Translations under genes and position numbers: made by a program
In this document: positions 31,227-40,107 of the stretch, piece after piece
How the letters are laid out: every line of letters starts with the position of its first letter
Position numbering within the stretch: the first letter of the stretch is position 1
Notes under the pieces: model-generated
Database searches by the model: none
The model's input: the letters and a program-made list of their open reading frames with translations, nothing else
What the model was told of the DNA's origin: nothing
DNA from: an uncultured Acidobacteriota bacterium
Lineage (GTDB): Bacteria > Acidobacteriota > Terriglobia > Terriglobales > Acidobacteriaceae
Assembly (NCBI GenBank): GCA_963745435.1
Contig: CAVUXK010000026.1
Span: 111,739-175,738, forward strand
Length of the DNA stretch: 64,000 nt
Direction of reading: 5' to 3'

Positions 31227-32329
31227 CATGGTCGAAGAACTCGAACAGCAATACACCGCGCTGAAAGAGAAAGTCCACACCCTTCAGGAGTACCTTTGAC
31301 GCGGGCAAACTCCGCCTTCAGCTAGTCGACATCGAAAAGCAGGCCTCCGACCCAAATCTCTGGTCGAATCCCGAACGCTCTCAACAGGTGATGCGCGAGA
31401 AAAAGCGCATCGAAGACGCGCTTGCGACCGACGCCGAATTGGTGCGCCGGAAGGATGACATCGCCGCATACCTCGAACTGGCGCACGAGGGCGAAAACGT
31501 CGACGCTGACCTTCAGCGCGAGATCGGAGCGCTCCAGCAACTCGTCGATCGCCTCGAAACCAAAACTCTTCTCTCCGGCGACAATGACGCGCTCAACGCA
31601 ATCGTCACCATTCACGCCGGAGCGGGCGGCGTCGACTCACAAGACTGGGCCGACATGCTCCTGCGGATGTACCTCCGATGGGCTGAGCGTCAGGGCTTTC
31701 CAACCGTGCTTTACGATTATCAGCCGGCCGAAGAAGCCGGGATCAAGTCCGCCACCTTCGGCGTGAATGGCCAGTACGCTTTTGGTCTGCTGACCAGCGA
31801 AATCGGTGTACACCGTCTGGTGCGAATTTCTCCCTTCGATCAGGCCAAGCGTCGGCACACTTCCTTCGCCAGCGTCTACGTATCTCCGGAAATCGACGAC
31901 AGCATCGAAGTCGTCATCAAGCCCGAAGACCTCCGTGTCGACACGTATCGCTCCAGTGGCAAGGGCGGACAGCACGTCAACACCACCGACTCCGCCGTGC
32001 GCATCACGCACATCCCCACGGGGCTGGTGGCCAGTTGCCAGAACGAGCGCTCGCAACACAAGAATCGCGATCGTGCCATGAGCATGCTCCGCTCCAAGCT
32101 TTACGAACTCGAGCTGGAGAAAAAACGTGAAGCTACCAGAAAAATAGAAGACACCAAGCTCGACATCGATTTCGGATCGCAGATTCGCTCCTACGTGCTG
32201 CAGCCCTATCGCATGGTGAAGGACCATCGCACCAAGGAAGAAGTCGGCGACGTCGATCGAATCCTCGACGGCGATCTGCAGCCCTTCATTCAGGCGTACC
32301 TGAAAATGCGGCGCGGAGAGAAGTCATGA
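31227..32329 (+). CDS. prfB: Peptide chain release factor 2, expressed through a programmed +1 ribosomal frameshift
   Basis: Frame 0 reads MVEELEQQYTALKEKVHTLQEYL, then TGA at 31296-98. The +1 frame from 31297 reads DAGKLRLQLVDIEKQASDPNLWSNPERSQQVMREKKRIEDAL and joins ORF 31388..32329. That ORF contains SPF (RISPFD) and GGQ (SGKGGQHVNTTDSAVR). Confidence 0.95.
31285..31299 (+). promoter_or_regulatory. prfB: prfB recoding site: SD-like AGGAG, 3-nt spacer, CTT TGA C slippery/stop context
   Basis: AGGAG at 31285-89, TAC, CTT at 31293-95, TGA at 31296-98, C at 31299. The layout is identical to the canonical bacterial RF2 autoregulatory site. Confidence 0.9.
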
Positions 32330-32943
32330 GTGTTCCCCACAACTCCGCGCAGCTCGGCCCGCGCTTCAACGAAGCGTTCCTCTACGCGGCTGAAAAACAC
32401 GCCACCCAGAAACGCAAGAAAACCGACGTCCCTTACATCTCGCATCTGATGAGCGTCGCTGCGCTCGTGCTCGAAGCGGGCGGAGGCGAAGACGAAGCCA
32501 TCGCTGCCCTCCTGCACGACGTGGTCGAAGATTGCGGTGGCCATCCCGTGCTCGAGGATATTCGGGGCCGCTTTGGCGATCGAGTCGCCTACATCGTGGA
32601 CGGCTGCACGGATGCCTACACGATCCCCAAGCCGCCGTGGAAGGCTCGCAAACTGGAATATCTCGACCACCTGCGCGAAGCCCCCGACGACGTTCGTCTG
32701 GTCAGCGCAGCCGACAAACTCCACAACGTTCGGACGATTCTCGCCGACTTTAGAAAAGACGGTGACTCAGTTTGGGATCGCTTTAGCGGGCACCGCGAGG
32801 GCACGCTCTGGTACTACCGCGCCGTTCTCGATGTGCTGCGCGAAGGCCGGCCGAACCGTTTGGTGGAGGAACTGCACCGCGTAGTGACTGAACTGGAAAC
32901 GCTGGCAATGAAGCGTGCGGAAAGCACGCATTCGCTGCCATAA
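32326..32943 (+). CDS. HD-domain phosphohydrolase, small-alarmone-hydrolase-like (RelA/SpoT HD_4 type)
   Basis: 205-aa ORF. It reads YISHLMSVAALVLE...AALLHDVVEDC.....RFGDRVAYIVDGCTD..ADKLHN, the HD..HD(V/T)VED pattern of (p)ppGpp hydrolase domains. Its start overlaps the prfB stop as ATGA. Confidence 0.65.
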   Translation: MSVPHNSAQLGPRFNEAFLYAAEKHATQKRKKTDVPYISHLMSVAALVLEAGGGEDEAIAALLHDVVEDCGGHPVLEDIRGRFGDRVAYIVDGCTDAYTIPKPPWKARKLEYLDHLREAPDDVRLVSAADKLHNVRTILADFRKDGDSVWDRFSGHREGTLWYYRAVLDVLREGRPNRLVEELHRVVTELETLAMKRAESTHSLP

Positions 32944-32958
32944 TTAGGACTCTCTTTC

Positions 32959-34230
32959 ATGCGACGCATGCTCGACATGATTCGCTCCTCTTCGGTGTCC
33001 GCCACCGTGATGCAGGCGGCCGCGCGTGGGGCGCTGGCCGTTCCGGGCGCCGAAATGATCGAGATACTCGTCTACATCGCAAATCACAACAAGGTCTTTG
33101 GCCAGCAGGCCCGCATGACGTTGGCAGGCTGGGAACTGAAGTCCTCCCTCGAAGCGGCTTCAAATCCCGCCACGCCGCCCCAAGTGCTCGACTACCTCAT
33201 CGCTCCCGAAAATCTGCGTCCTCCGCTTCTACCCGCGCTCCTCGAAAACACCAGTGTGAAGCAAGAAGCCTTGCTTCACATGGCTGCCGATGGTTCCCGC
33301 GAAGTGGTCGACGCGATGCGCAAAAGTTCTCGCGTGCAGGGCTCACCCGAGATTCTGCGCGCGCTCGCCGCAAATCCGAATTCAACGCCGATCGAAATTG
33401 CCCAACTCCATGAAGCAGCCGTCATCCCCGAAGATTTACCCCAGCCCGACCTGCCCGAAGAGCCCCCCCGTCAGCCCGATGGATCAGCCATTCACCTCGA
33501 GACATCCGACGAGAATGTGCTTGAAGAAAATGTTGTCGTGGATGCTTTTCTGACCGAGCACGCCCGCGAACTTTCTTTGGAAGGTGAAAAGCCGTTTCAG
33601 CCGCTGGGTGGATTTCACGAGTTTGAAGTCGCATCGCTCGAAACGTCCCCTCCGGTCGAGGAATCCAAAGCCGAGTTGGCACCCCCTGCCGAAACTGGCC
33701 AGGCGCCGCCCGTCGCCACAGCTGCGAAATCTTCGGGCGCACCGACCGCCACGGCTGCGCGCACATCACCGGCCGCCAAGAAAGTTCATTCCAGCCAGGA
33801 GGCAGAGCGCGGCAGCGCCCTGCAGAAGATTTCCAGGCTCGACATCAAGGGCCGCATCCAACTTGCCATGAAGGGCACCAAGGAAGATCGCTCTATCTTG
33901 ATTCGCGACAGCACGAAACTGGTCGCACTCGCGGTGCTGGAATCTCCCAAAGTGACGGATGGAGAAGTGGAGAAGTTTGCCAACCAGAAAAATGTGCTCG
34001 AGGCCGTGCTGCGTCAGATTCCGATGAAGCGGCGCTTCGTCAAGAACTACGGGGTCGTACGGAATTTGGTGGCTAACCCGCGAACGCCGCTCGATGTCTC
34101 ACTCGGCCTCATGAAAAACTTGCTGACCGCGGATTTGAAGAATTTGGCCAGCAATAAGGAAGTCTCTGACACCATCCGGAAGCTGGCCACGAAAATGTTC
34201 AAACAAAAAATGGATTCAGCCAAGAAATAG
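32959..34230 (+). CDS. Hypothetical helical-repeat protein (423 aa) with an acidic/Pro-rich linker
   Basis: The N- and C-terminal parts show HEAT/LRV-like ~25-30-aa repeats ending in NP.TP (ASNPATPPQVL, AANPNSTPIEI, VANPRTPLDVSL). The central ~120 aa is low-complexity. Confidence 0.5.
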   Translation: MRRMLDMIRSSSVSATVMQAAARGALAVPGAEMIEILVYIANHNKVFGQQARMTLAGWELKSSLEAASNPATPPQVLDYLIAPENLRPPLLPALLENTSVKQEALLHMAADGSREVVDAMRKSSRVQGSPEILRALAANPNSTPIEIAQLHEAAVIPEDLPQPDLPEEPPRQPDGSAIHLETSDENVLEENVVVDAFLTEHARELSLEGEKPFQPLGGFHEFEVASLETSPPVEESKAELAPPAETGQAPPVATAAKSSGAPTATAARTSPAAKKVHSSQEAERGSALQKISRLDIKGRIQLAMKGTKEDRSILIRDSTKLVALAVLESPKVTDGEVEKFANQKNVLEAVLRQIPMKRRFVKNYGVVRNLVANPRTPLDVSLGLMKNLLTADLKNLASNKEVSDTIRKLATKMFKQKMDSAKK

Positions 34231-34257
34231 TCAATCCCCTCTGGAGAAAAAGGGTCC

Positions 34258-34671
34258 ATGGCAACACCTGTTCACTCCGATCCTATTTTTGATCTGCTGC
34301 GGACCGCCCGCACCATCGCCATCGTCGGCCTCTCCGACAATCCGCTGCGTCCCAGTCACGGCGTGGCCGCCTACCTGCAGAGCCAGGGATACCGCATCAT
34401 TCCTGTCAATCCTGAAATCAAAGCGTCGTTGGGAGAAAAGGCGTATCCGTCTCTACTCGACGTGCCCGAGAAGATCGACATCGTCGACATTTTTCGAAGG
34501 CCTGAGTTCGTAGAAGAAGTTGTCGATCAGGCGATCCAGCTGAAAGTTCCCGCCGTCTGGATGCAGGAAGAAATCGTTCACGAAAAAGCCGCACAAAAAG
34601 CCCGTGCGGCTGGAATCTTCGTCGTGATGGATCGCTGTATCCTGGTCGAACACCGCGCGCGTTTCCGCTAG
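34258..34671 (+). CDS. CoA-binding domain protein (YccU/YneT family)
   Basis: 137 aa: IAIVGLSDNPLRPSHGVAAYLQSQGYRIIPVNP...IDIVDIFRRPE...VPAVWMQ. Confidence 0.8.
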   Translation: MATPVHSDPIFDLLRTARTIAIVGLSDNPLRPSHGVAAYLQSQGYRIIPVNPEIKASLGEKAYPSLLDVPEKIDIVDIFRRPEFVEEVVDQAIQLKVPAVWMQEEIVHEKAAQKARAAGIFVVMDRCILVEHRARFR

Positions 34672-34701
34672 TGTAGCGCGGGCGCCCTCATCCGCGGCCG
34701 T

Positions 34702-35991
34702 TCACTGACGCCGCAACATAATCACAGTTGCATCGTCATGCAACCCCGCCCCGTTCGCAAAAGCTCTTACATCTTCCACCAGCATCTCGGGGCACGAACC
34801 GCCGCTCAGCACATGGGCCGCCAGCCGCGCAGGTCCGTATTCCTCATCTCTCTGATTTGCAGCTTCAGTAATGCCGTCGCTGTAAAGCACAATCTTGGCT
34901 TTGTCTCCCAGCGGAATTGTTGTTTGCGAAAACGACCCAGCCCGAATTCCCAGTGGCAACCCCATCTCCGTCTCGAGAAATCGTGCGCCGGTTGAATCTA
35001 CCAGCAACGGCGGCAGGTGACCCGCGTTTGCATAGGTGAGCGTGCCCTTCGTCGAATCGAGCACGGCATACACCATGGTCACGAATCTTCCGGAAGGGAA
35101 GTCTTCTACCAGAAGCCGGTTCAACTTGGTAAGCACTTCCGACGGAGTGCACGAGGTCTCTGCCAGAGATCGCAGCATCGCGCGGGTCGCCGACATCAGC
35201 AACGCCGCCGCAGTTCCTTTTCCTGAAACATCGGCCAGCACCAGCCCCCATCGTCCTTCACCCAGATCGAGAAAGTCATACCAGTCGCCGCCGATCGCAC
35301 CCGCAGGAATCGACATTCCCGACATTGCGAATCCGGGAATGAAAGGAGAACTCCGCGGCAGCAGTGCTTGCTGAATCGAGCGCGCTTCCTGCGCTTCGCG
35401 GTTCATCTTTTCGCGCTCGCTTCGTTCCTGTTTGAAACGCAACGCGTTCTGCACGGCCACCGCGATGTGGCTCGACAAGCCCTGAAGCATCCACAGCTGC
35501 TCGGCATCAAATCCGTCAGCTTCGTTGTGCGAAGCCGTAAATACCCCAATCAGCTTTCCATCCACGTGCAGAGGAATCGCAACTTCGCTGCGGATTTGGT
35601 CGCCGCACGCGATGTAGTACGGATCCACGCTAACATCCGGCGCGTAGCGCATCTGGCCAGTGGCCGCGACATAACCAACCAGCCCTTCTTTCCCGACTTT
35701 AAGCCGGTGGCCTCGCTCATGTACCGGGCAATCCTCCACTCCGGCTAGCACCAGTTCGTTATTCTCCGCTTCGTGCAGATAGACGCTGATGTCGATGCAT
35801 CCAAACGAGCACGCAATGTCGTTCACGATCTTGTCGACCAGTTGATCCAGGTCAAGAATCGAATTGATCTTATGCGCCGCTTTTTGCAGTTTGAGCAGTT
35901 GCTGTACCCGGTCCGGCGCGAGCGCCGCCAACAGATCGTTAGCGGCTTCTACGGTCGCTGCGCTCGTAGTTTCCATCGATTGATCCCTCAA
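34702..35991 (-). CDS. GAF-domain-regulated PP2C (SpoIIE-type) serine phosphatase
   Basis: 429 aa. N-terminal GAF domain (ILDLDQLVDKIVNDIACSFG..VAIPLHVDGKLIGVF). PP2C motifs: GGDWYDF, VLADVSGKG, LYSDGITEA, DDATVIMLR. Confidence 0.85.
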   Translation of the reverse strand: MRDQSMETTSAATVEAANDLLAALAPDRVQQLLKLQKAAHKINSILDLDQLVDKIVNDIACSFGCIDISVYLHEAENNELVLAGVEDCPVHERGHRLKVGKEGLVGYVAATGQMRYAPDVSVDPYYIACGDQIRSEVAIPLHVDGKLIGVFTASHNEADGFDAEQLWMLQGLSSHIAVAVQNALRFKQERSEREKMNREAQEARSIQQALLPRSSPFIPGFAMSGMSIPAGAIGGDWYDFLDLGEGRWGLVLADVSGKGTAAALLMSATRAMLRSLAETSCTPSEVLTKLNRLLVEDFPSGRFVTMVYAVLDSTKGTLTYANAGHLPPLLVDSTGARFLETEMGLPLGIRAGSFSQTTIPLGDKAKIVLYSDGITEAANQRDEEYGPARLAAHVLSGGSCPEMLVEDVRAFANGAGLHDDATVIMLRRQ

Positions 35992-36055
35992 TTAGACTTG
36001 TAAACCGTTGCAAAAAAGTAGCTTACCACTCCCTATCGGATGATGATCACGGCCT

Positions 36056-37453
36056 CTAGGACTCTTTTTTCGAAGGGTTCTTGGAACGGGAAGGAGGTTG
36101 TTCCTCAAGTGCAGAGCGGCCCGTTCGCAGCCTCTCTATTTCTTGAAGTCGCTCGCGGATGCGCTTCTCGATGCCCTCATTTGTAGGAAAGTAGTACTGC
36201 CGCTCACGCAAATTGTCGGGCATGCATTGCATGTCAGCAACTTTTGACTCGAGTTCGTGCGCGTATTTGTAACCCTGTCCGTAGCCAATATTTCTCATCA
36301 GCGACGTCGGCGCGTTCCTCAAATGCAACGGGACCGGTTCCGCAGCCGTCCGCTCCACATCAATTTGCACATCGGTATACGCGGTGTAGAGCGCATTCGA
36401 CTTCGGCGCGACCGACAAATAAACCACCGCCTGCGCCAGCGCAAGGTTCCCCTCCGGCATGCCGATGAAGTCCACCGCATCGCGTGCTGCCATGCACAAG
36501 GCGAGCGCATTGGGATCGGCCAGCCCGATGTCCTCCACCGACATCCGTACCACCCGCCGCGCGATGTACAGCGGATCCTCCCCAGCCTCCAGCATGCGCC
36601 CCAGCCAGTACAAGGCCGCGTCCGGATCGCTGTTGCGCACAGACTTGTGCAGAGCCGAAATCAGGTTGTAATGCTCTTCGCCCGACTTGTCGTACAACAG
36701 GATGCGTTTCTGCAACGCATCGTGCACGATCTCATCCGTAATCTCTGCGCCCGTCTCCTTGCCGGAATTCTGCTTGGCAATCGCGGCCGCGACTTCCAGC
36801 ACGTTATAAGCGCTGCGCGCATCACCGCTGGAGTAGCTGGCAATCTTCTTCAGGACATCTTCGGAAGCGCTCAGATGCATCTTGCCCAGCCCGCGTTCTT
36901 CATCCGCGAGCGCATTCCGCAAGAGCTGCACAATCTGTTCCTCGGTCAACGGCTTGAGCACATACACCCGTGTCCGCGACAGCAATGCTGAATTGATTTC
37001 GAAAGAAGGATTCTCGGTAGTTGCCCCGATCAGCCGGATGTTCCCCTTCTCCACATGCGGTAGAAATGCATCCTGCTGCGCCTTGTTGAAACGATGAATC
37101 TCATCAATGAAGACAATGGTCCGCGTGCCATATTGCTTGGCACGCTCCGCATCAGCCATGACCTGCTTGATTTCCTTGATGCCCGCCAGCACCGCCGAGA
37201 ACTCAATGAAATCGGCCTTGGTCATGCGCGCGATGATCTTCGCGAGCGTAGTCTTTCCAGTACCGGGCGGCCCCCAGAAAATCAGAGAACCGGGATCATC
37301 GCGCTCAATCTGCGTACGCAGCGGCTTACCCGGCCCAACCAGATGTTCCTGCCCAACGTACTCATCGAGCGTGCGCGGACGCATGCGGTCCGCCAGCGGT
37401 CGAGTCTCGTCGGCAGGATTGTTACCGCCGGGAATGGTTTGAAACAGGCTCAT
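36056..37453 (-). CDS. rarA: Replication-associated recombination protein A (AAA+ ATPase)
   Basis: ORF 36056..37498; the likely start is MSLFQT at 37453. Motifs: PLADRMRPRTLDEYVGQEHL, Walker A GPPGTGKTT, Walker B VFIDEIHRFNK, and the MgsA C-terminal domain (HYNLISALHKSVRNSDPDAALYWL). Confidence 0.9.
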   Translation of the reverse strand: MSLFQTIPGGNNPADETRPLADRMRPRTLDEYVGQEHLVGPGKPLRTQIERDDPGSLIFWGPPGTGKTTLAKIIARMTKADFIEFSAVLAGIKEIKQVMADAERAKQYGTRTIVFIDEIHRFNKAQQDAFLPHVEKGNIRLIGATTENPSFEINSALLSRTRVYVLKPLTEEQIVQLLRNALADEERGLGKMHLSASEDVLKKIASYSSGDARSAYNVLEVAAAIAKQNSGKETGAEITDEIVHDALQKRILLYDKSGEEHYNLISALHKSVRNSDPDAALYWLGRMLEAGEDPLYIARRVVRMSVEDIGLADPNALALCMAARDAVDFIGMPEGNLALAQAVVYLSVAPKSNALYTAYTDVQIDVERTAAEPVPLHLRNAPTSLMRNIGYGQGYKYAHELESKVADMQCMPDNLRERQYYFPTNEGIEKRIRERLQEIERLRTGRSALEEQPPSRSKNPSKKES

Positions 37454-37546
37454 AAGAACGCAGTCAGCACTTATCATTCGGGAGATAGCATCAGGCACTT
37501 AGCTCTTGGCACTTAGCCCCGTGGGAATTGGCACAGTTGCGGGTGC

Positions 37547-37579
37547 CCCATCCTTGCGCGTTCTGTGCGCAAGGGTGGG
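37547..37579. repeat. REP-like hairpin (13-bp stem, 1 wobble)
   Basis: CCCATCCTTGCGC (37547-59), loop GTTCTGT, GCGCAAGGGTGGG (37567-79). It is preceded by the direct repeat GGCACTTAGC at 37494-503 and 37508-17. Confidence 0.6.
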
Positions 37580-37622
37580 ATTCCACTGCTGCCAGCGTTG
37601 TTGGATTTTCGTGAACCCACAA

Positions 37623-37695
37623 GCCCAGAGCCCAGAGCCCAGAGCCCAGAGCCCAGAGCCCAGAGCCCAGAGCCCAGAGCCCAGAGCCCAGAGCC
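37623..37695. repeat. Perfect heptanucleotide tandem array (GCCCAGA) x10.4
   Basis: I counted ten exact GCCCAGA units from 37623 plus a partial GCC. The array abuts the TrmH-like stop codon (37695-97) and sits ~170 nt upstream of the rarA start. Confidence 0.95.
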
Positions 37696-38534
37696 TATCC
37701 CTTCCCCCGCGCAATCTCATACAACACGATACTGGCCGCCACCCCCGCATTCAGCGACTCCACCTGCTCCGCGTGCGGAATGGCAATCAGTTCATCCGCC
37801 TTCGCGATCCAATCCCGTGGTACCCCCGCCCCTTCCCCGCCAATTAAGACAGCAACCGGCCCTGCAAGGTTGGCTTGAGGCAGCGGAACCCCTTTATGCG
37901 ACGAAGTCGCCACCAGCCGCACACCTTTCTCCCGCAGCTTAGGCAGAACATCCGCTAGCTTCACCCGCAACACTGGCAGCCGGAAGATCGATCCCGCCGA
38001 TCCCCGCACAACTTTCGAGTTAAACGGACTGACCGTGCCTTCGCCCAAAATCACCCCAGCCGCCCCAAAGGCCTCCGCCGATCGCAAAATCGTTCCCAGA
38101 TTGCCCGGATCCTGCAGCCCCGCAACGACGACCAACGGGCCTACCGACACTTTCTCCATCAGATCCTCTAGAGAACTCTGCTTGTAGCGCACAAGAGCAG
38201 CCACGCCTTGCGGAGTCTCGCTGGGAACCACGCTCGCAAAAAGCTTGTCGGGGAGTACCGCTGTTTCCACGTGGGCGCCAATCTGAGGCAGAAGCCGTTT
38301 CGCATGTCCCTCAGCCGACTCGCTGAAAAACACGGCATGAAACCGCAGCCCGCTGCGGATGGCTTCCTCCAGAATGCGCACCCCTTCAATCGCGCAGTCC
38401 CCAGCCTCGGTCAACTCGGCTTGCGAAAATGCCCGGCGCATTTCCTTCACCAGGGCATTGTGGCGGCCCTCGACGCGACGCAGGCGATCGTGCGCGGGTT
38501 TGCTTGCTCGGGAAGAGGAGTGAGAAGTGCGCAT
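37695..38534 (-). CDS. TrmH/SpoU-family RNA 2'-O-methyltransferase
   Basis: ORF 37695..38558. SpoU motifs: GLQDPGNLGTILRSAEAFG, LIGGEGAGV, IPHAEQVESLNAGVAASIVLYE. The start is uncertain (38558 or 38534). Confidence 0.85.
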   Translation of the reverse strand: MRTSHSSSRASKPAHDRLRRVEGRHNALVKEMRRAFSQAELTEAGDCAIEGVRILEEAIRSGLRFHAVFFSESAEGHAKRLLPQIGAHVETAVLPDKLFASVVPSETPQGVAALVRYKQSSLEDLMEKVSVGPLVVVAGLQDPGNLGTILRSAEAFGAAGVILGEGTVSPFNSKVVRGSAGSIFRLPVLRVKLADVLPKLREKGVRLVATSSHKGVPLPQANLAGPVAVLIGGEGAGVPRDWIAKADELIAIPHAEQVESLNAGVAASIVLYEIARGKG

Positions 38535-38594
38535 GGTGGGCGTATCTGGCAGCATCATACGCCGTTTGTTCGGCTTGCGACGGTGCTCCGTGGT

Positions 38595-39284
38595 ATGTTA
38601 GCTTTCGCCTTCACAACTGGAAAACTGGGGAACGCTGTGCTCGCGGAGATCATCAAGATCCATCACGACAGTCCCGAAGCTTCGCTGGTGAAGTACGCGG
38701 CCGAGCAAATCAGGGCGGGTCAAGTACTCGGAATGCCCACCGACACTTTCTATGGCCTCGCCGCCGACCCCCTCAACCTGCGCGCCGTGGAGCGTGTGTA
38801 CGAGATCAAATCGCGCTCCCGCCACAAGCCGCTGTCCCTGCTGATCGAGAGTGTCGATCAGGCGGAAGATCTGGCTCGCCCTTTACCCAAAGAGTTTTAT
38901 GACTTGGCACGCCGCTTCTGGCCCGGGCCATTAACCATCATCGTGCGCGCCGCTTCTGGCCTGCCGCTAAAGGTCACGGCGAACACCGGCAACGTCGCCC
39001 TGCGCATCCCCTCGGCAAAGATTCCATTAGCGGTGATCCAGGCCGCCGGCATTCCCATCACGGCCACCTCAGCCAACCTGAGCGGCGCTTCGGAATGCAC
39101 GACCGCCGAACAGGTGCGTGATCAACTGCAGGACCGCATCAATATCATCGTTGACGGCGGCACTTCTCCCCGGGAGGTTGCCTCCACCATCGTCGATCTC
39201 AGCAACGCCGACGACCGCTGGCGGGTGATTCGCGAAGGCGCCATTCCCGCCAAGGAGATCTCCACTTTCTTCGCACAGGGATGA
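38595..39284 (+). CDS. tsaC: L-threonylcarbamoyladenylate synthase (YrdC/TsaC type)
   Basis: ORF 38208..39284, but the first ~129 codons are antisense to the TrmH-like gene. The real start is probably ATG 38595. Motifs: PTDTFYGLAADP, YEIKSRSRHKPL, WPGPLTII, ATSANLSG, IIVDGG. Confidence 0.85.
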   Translation: MLAFAFTTGKLGNAVLAEIIKIHHDSPEASLVKYAAEQIRAGQVLGMPTDTFYGLAADPLNLRAVERVYEIKSRSRHKPLSLLIESVDQAEDLARPLPKEFYDLARRFWPGPLTIIVRAASGLPLKVTANTGNVALRIPSAKIPLAVIQAAGIPITATSANLSGASECTTAEQVRDQLQDRINIIVDGGTSPREVASTIVDLSNADDRWRVIREGAIPAKEISTFFAQG

Positions 39285-39892
39285 AGCTCTCCATCGCCAA
39301 CCAGCCTTCACGCAGAAATCGACCTCTGTGGACGCTGGCGGCAGTGGCTCTGCTCTTCGCCTTTATCGTGGCAATCACAAGCCTTCGCATAGTCCATGAA
39401 GCCGACAAGCAAGAATTGCATCCGGCCGACGCGATCGTGGTCTTTGGCGCAGCAGAGTATGCGGGCAGGCCGTCCCCGGTCCTGCGCGCGCGCCTCGATC
39501 ACGCCTACGATCTCTACGCGAAACACCTTGCCCCCGTGATCATGACCACCGGAGGAGCGGGCGAAGATCCGCGTTACAGCGAAGGCGGCGTCGGCCATGA
39601 TTACCTCATGCACCGTGGCGTTCCCGAACGTAACCTCATCGCCGAAACGCTCGGCACCGACACCGCTCATTCGGCCGAACGCCTGGGAGTCATCATGCGC
39701 GCGAATGGGATGAAAAGCTGCCTGGCCGTGAGCGATGAGTATCACGTCTTCCGAATCAAGAAACTCCTGGAGCACGAAGGCATGACCGTCTACGTAGCTC
39801 CCCGCACCGGCTCCCGCCCGAAAGGCGCATTCCAAAGAATGCTCGCCGTGCTCCGCGAAGCAATGAGTTATCTCGCGTGGAAAGTAAGCTAG
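39281..39892 (+). CDS. DUF218 (YdcF/ElyC/SanA-like) membrane-anchored protein
   Basis: 203 aa with an N-terminal TM helix. It reads DAIVVFGAAEY.GRPSPVLRARLDHA..TTGGAG and VSDEYHVFR. Its start overlaps the tsaC stop as ATGA. Confidence 0.75.
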   Translation: MKLSIANQPSRRNRPLWTLAAVALLFAFIVAITSLRIVHEADKQELHPADAIVVFGAAEYAGRPSPVLRARLDHAYDLYAKHLAPVIMTTGGAGEDPRYSEGGVGHDYLMHRGVPERNLIAETLGTDTAHSAERLGVIMRANGMKSCLAVSDEYHVFRIKKLLEHEGMTVYVAPRTGSRPKGAFQRMLAVLREAMSYLAWKVS

Positions 39893-39896
39893 AAAA

Positions 39897-39928
39897 GTTT
39901 CAAAATTTCAGGGTTTCAAAGTTTCAAA
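39897..39928. repeat. Octanucleotide tandem array (GTTTCAAA-like) x4
   Basis: GTTTCAAA, ATTTCAGG, GTTTCAAA, GTTTCAAA. It starts 5 nt after the DUF218 stop codon. Confidence 0.85.
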
Positions 39929-39967
39929 GAAAAGCGATAAGGATCGTGACGGAGAGGATCGCCAACA

Positions 39968-40020
39968 GGATTTTCTGCGTCCTCTGCGGCATTTCTCTGC
40001 GCCCTGCGTTTTAAGATTTG
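39968..40020. repeat. REP-like element, family B, copy 2
   Basis: GGATTTTCTGCGTCCTCTGCGGCATTTCTCTGCGCCCTGCGTTTTAAGATTTG. It is ~85% identical to 29534..29590, in the same orientation. Confidence 0.8.
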
Positions 40021-40065
40021 ACGCGGACTTCGTAGTCTGCGCGCACCTCTAAGCGTTGTCACTGT

Positions 40066-40107
40066 CCCCTAGCCACCGACCAGTGCCCACTGACTACCAC
40101 CCTAGCT
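40066..40107. repeat. Degenerate period-7 tract (CCnnnnn), ~6 units
   Basis: cccctag ccaccga ccagtgc ccactga ctaccac cctagct. It overlaps the DinB-like stop codon. This is the weakest member of the family. Confidence 0.4.

Noticed and set aside
37494-37545. Repeated TTGGCAC / GGCACTTAGC motifs as a sigma-54 promoter
   Set aside because: No TTGC element lies at the required distance from any of the GG dinucleotides. On the plus strand they point at no gene, because rarA is on the other strand.
37623-37695. Possible CRISPR array. I also considered this for 46311..46467 and 28828..28897.
   Set aside because: The units are contiguous, with no unique spacers between them. They are far shorter than CRISPR repeats (7 or 16-18 nt), and there are no cas genes in the window.
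37499-37750. ORFs translating the heptamer array (WALGSGLWALGSGL.. / PEPRAQSPEPRAQS..)
   Set aside because: The periodic peptides are simply the 7-nt repeat read in three frames. There is no start or SD context, and the region is intergenic.
38208-38594. N-terminal 129-codon extension of the tsaC ORF
   Set aside because: The extension is antisense to the well-supported TrmH-like gene and has a junk-like composition. YrdC homology begins only after ATG 38595.
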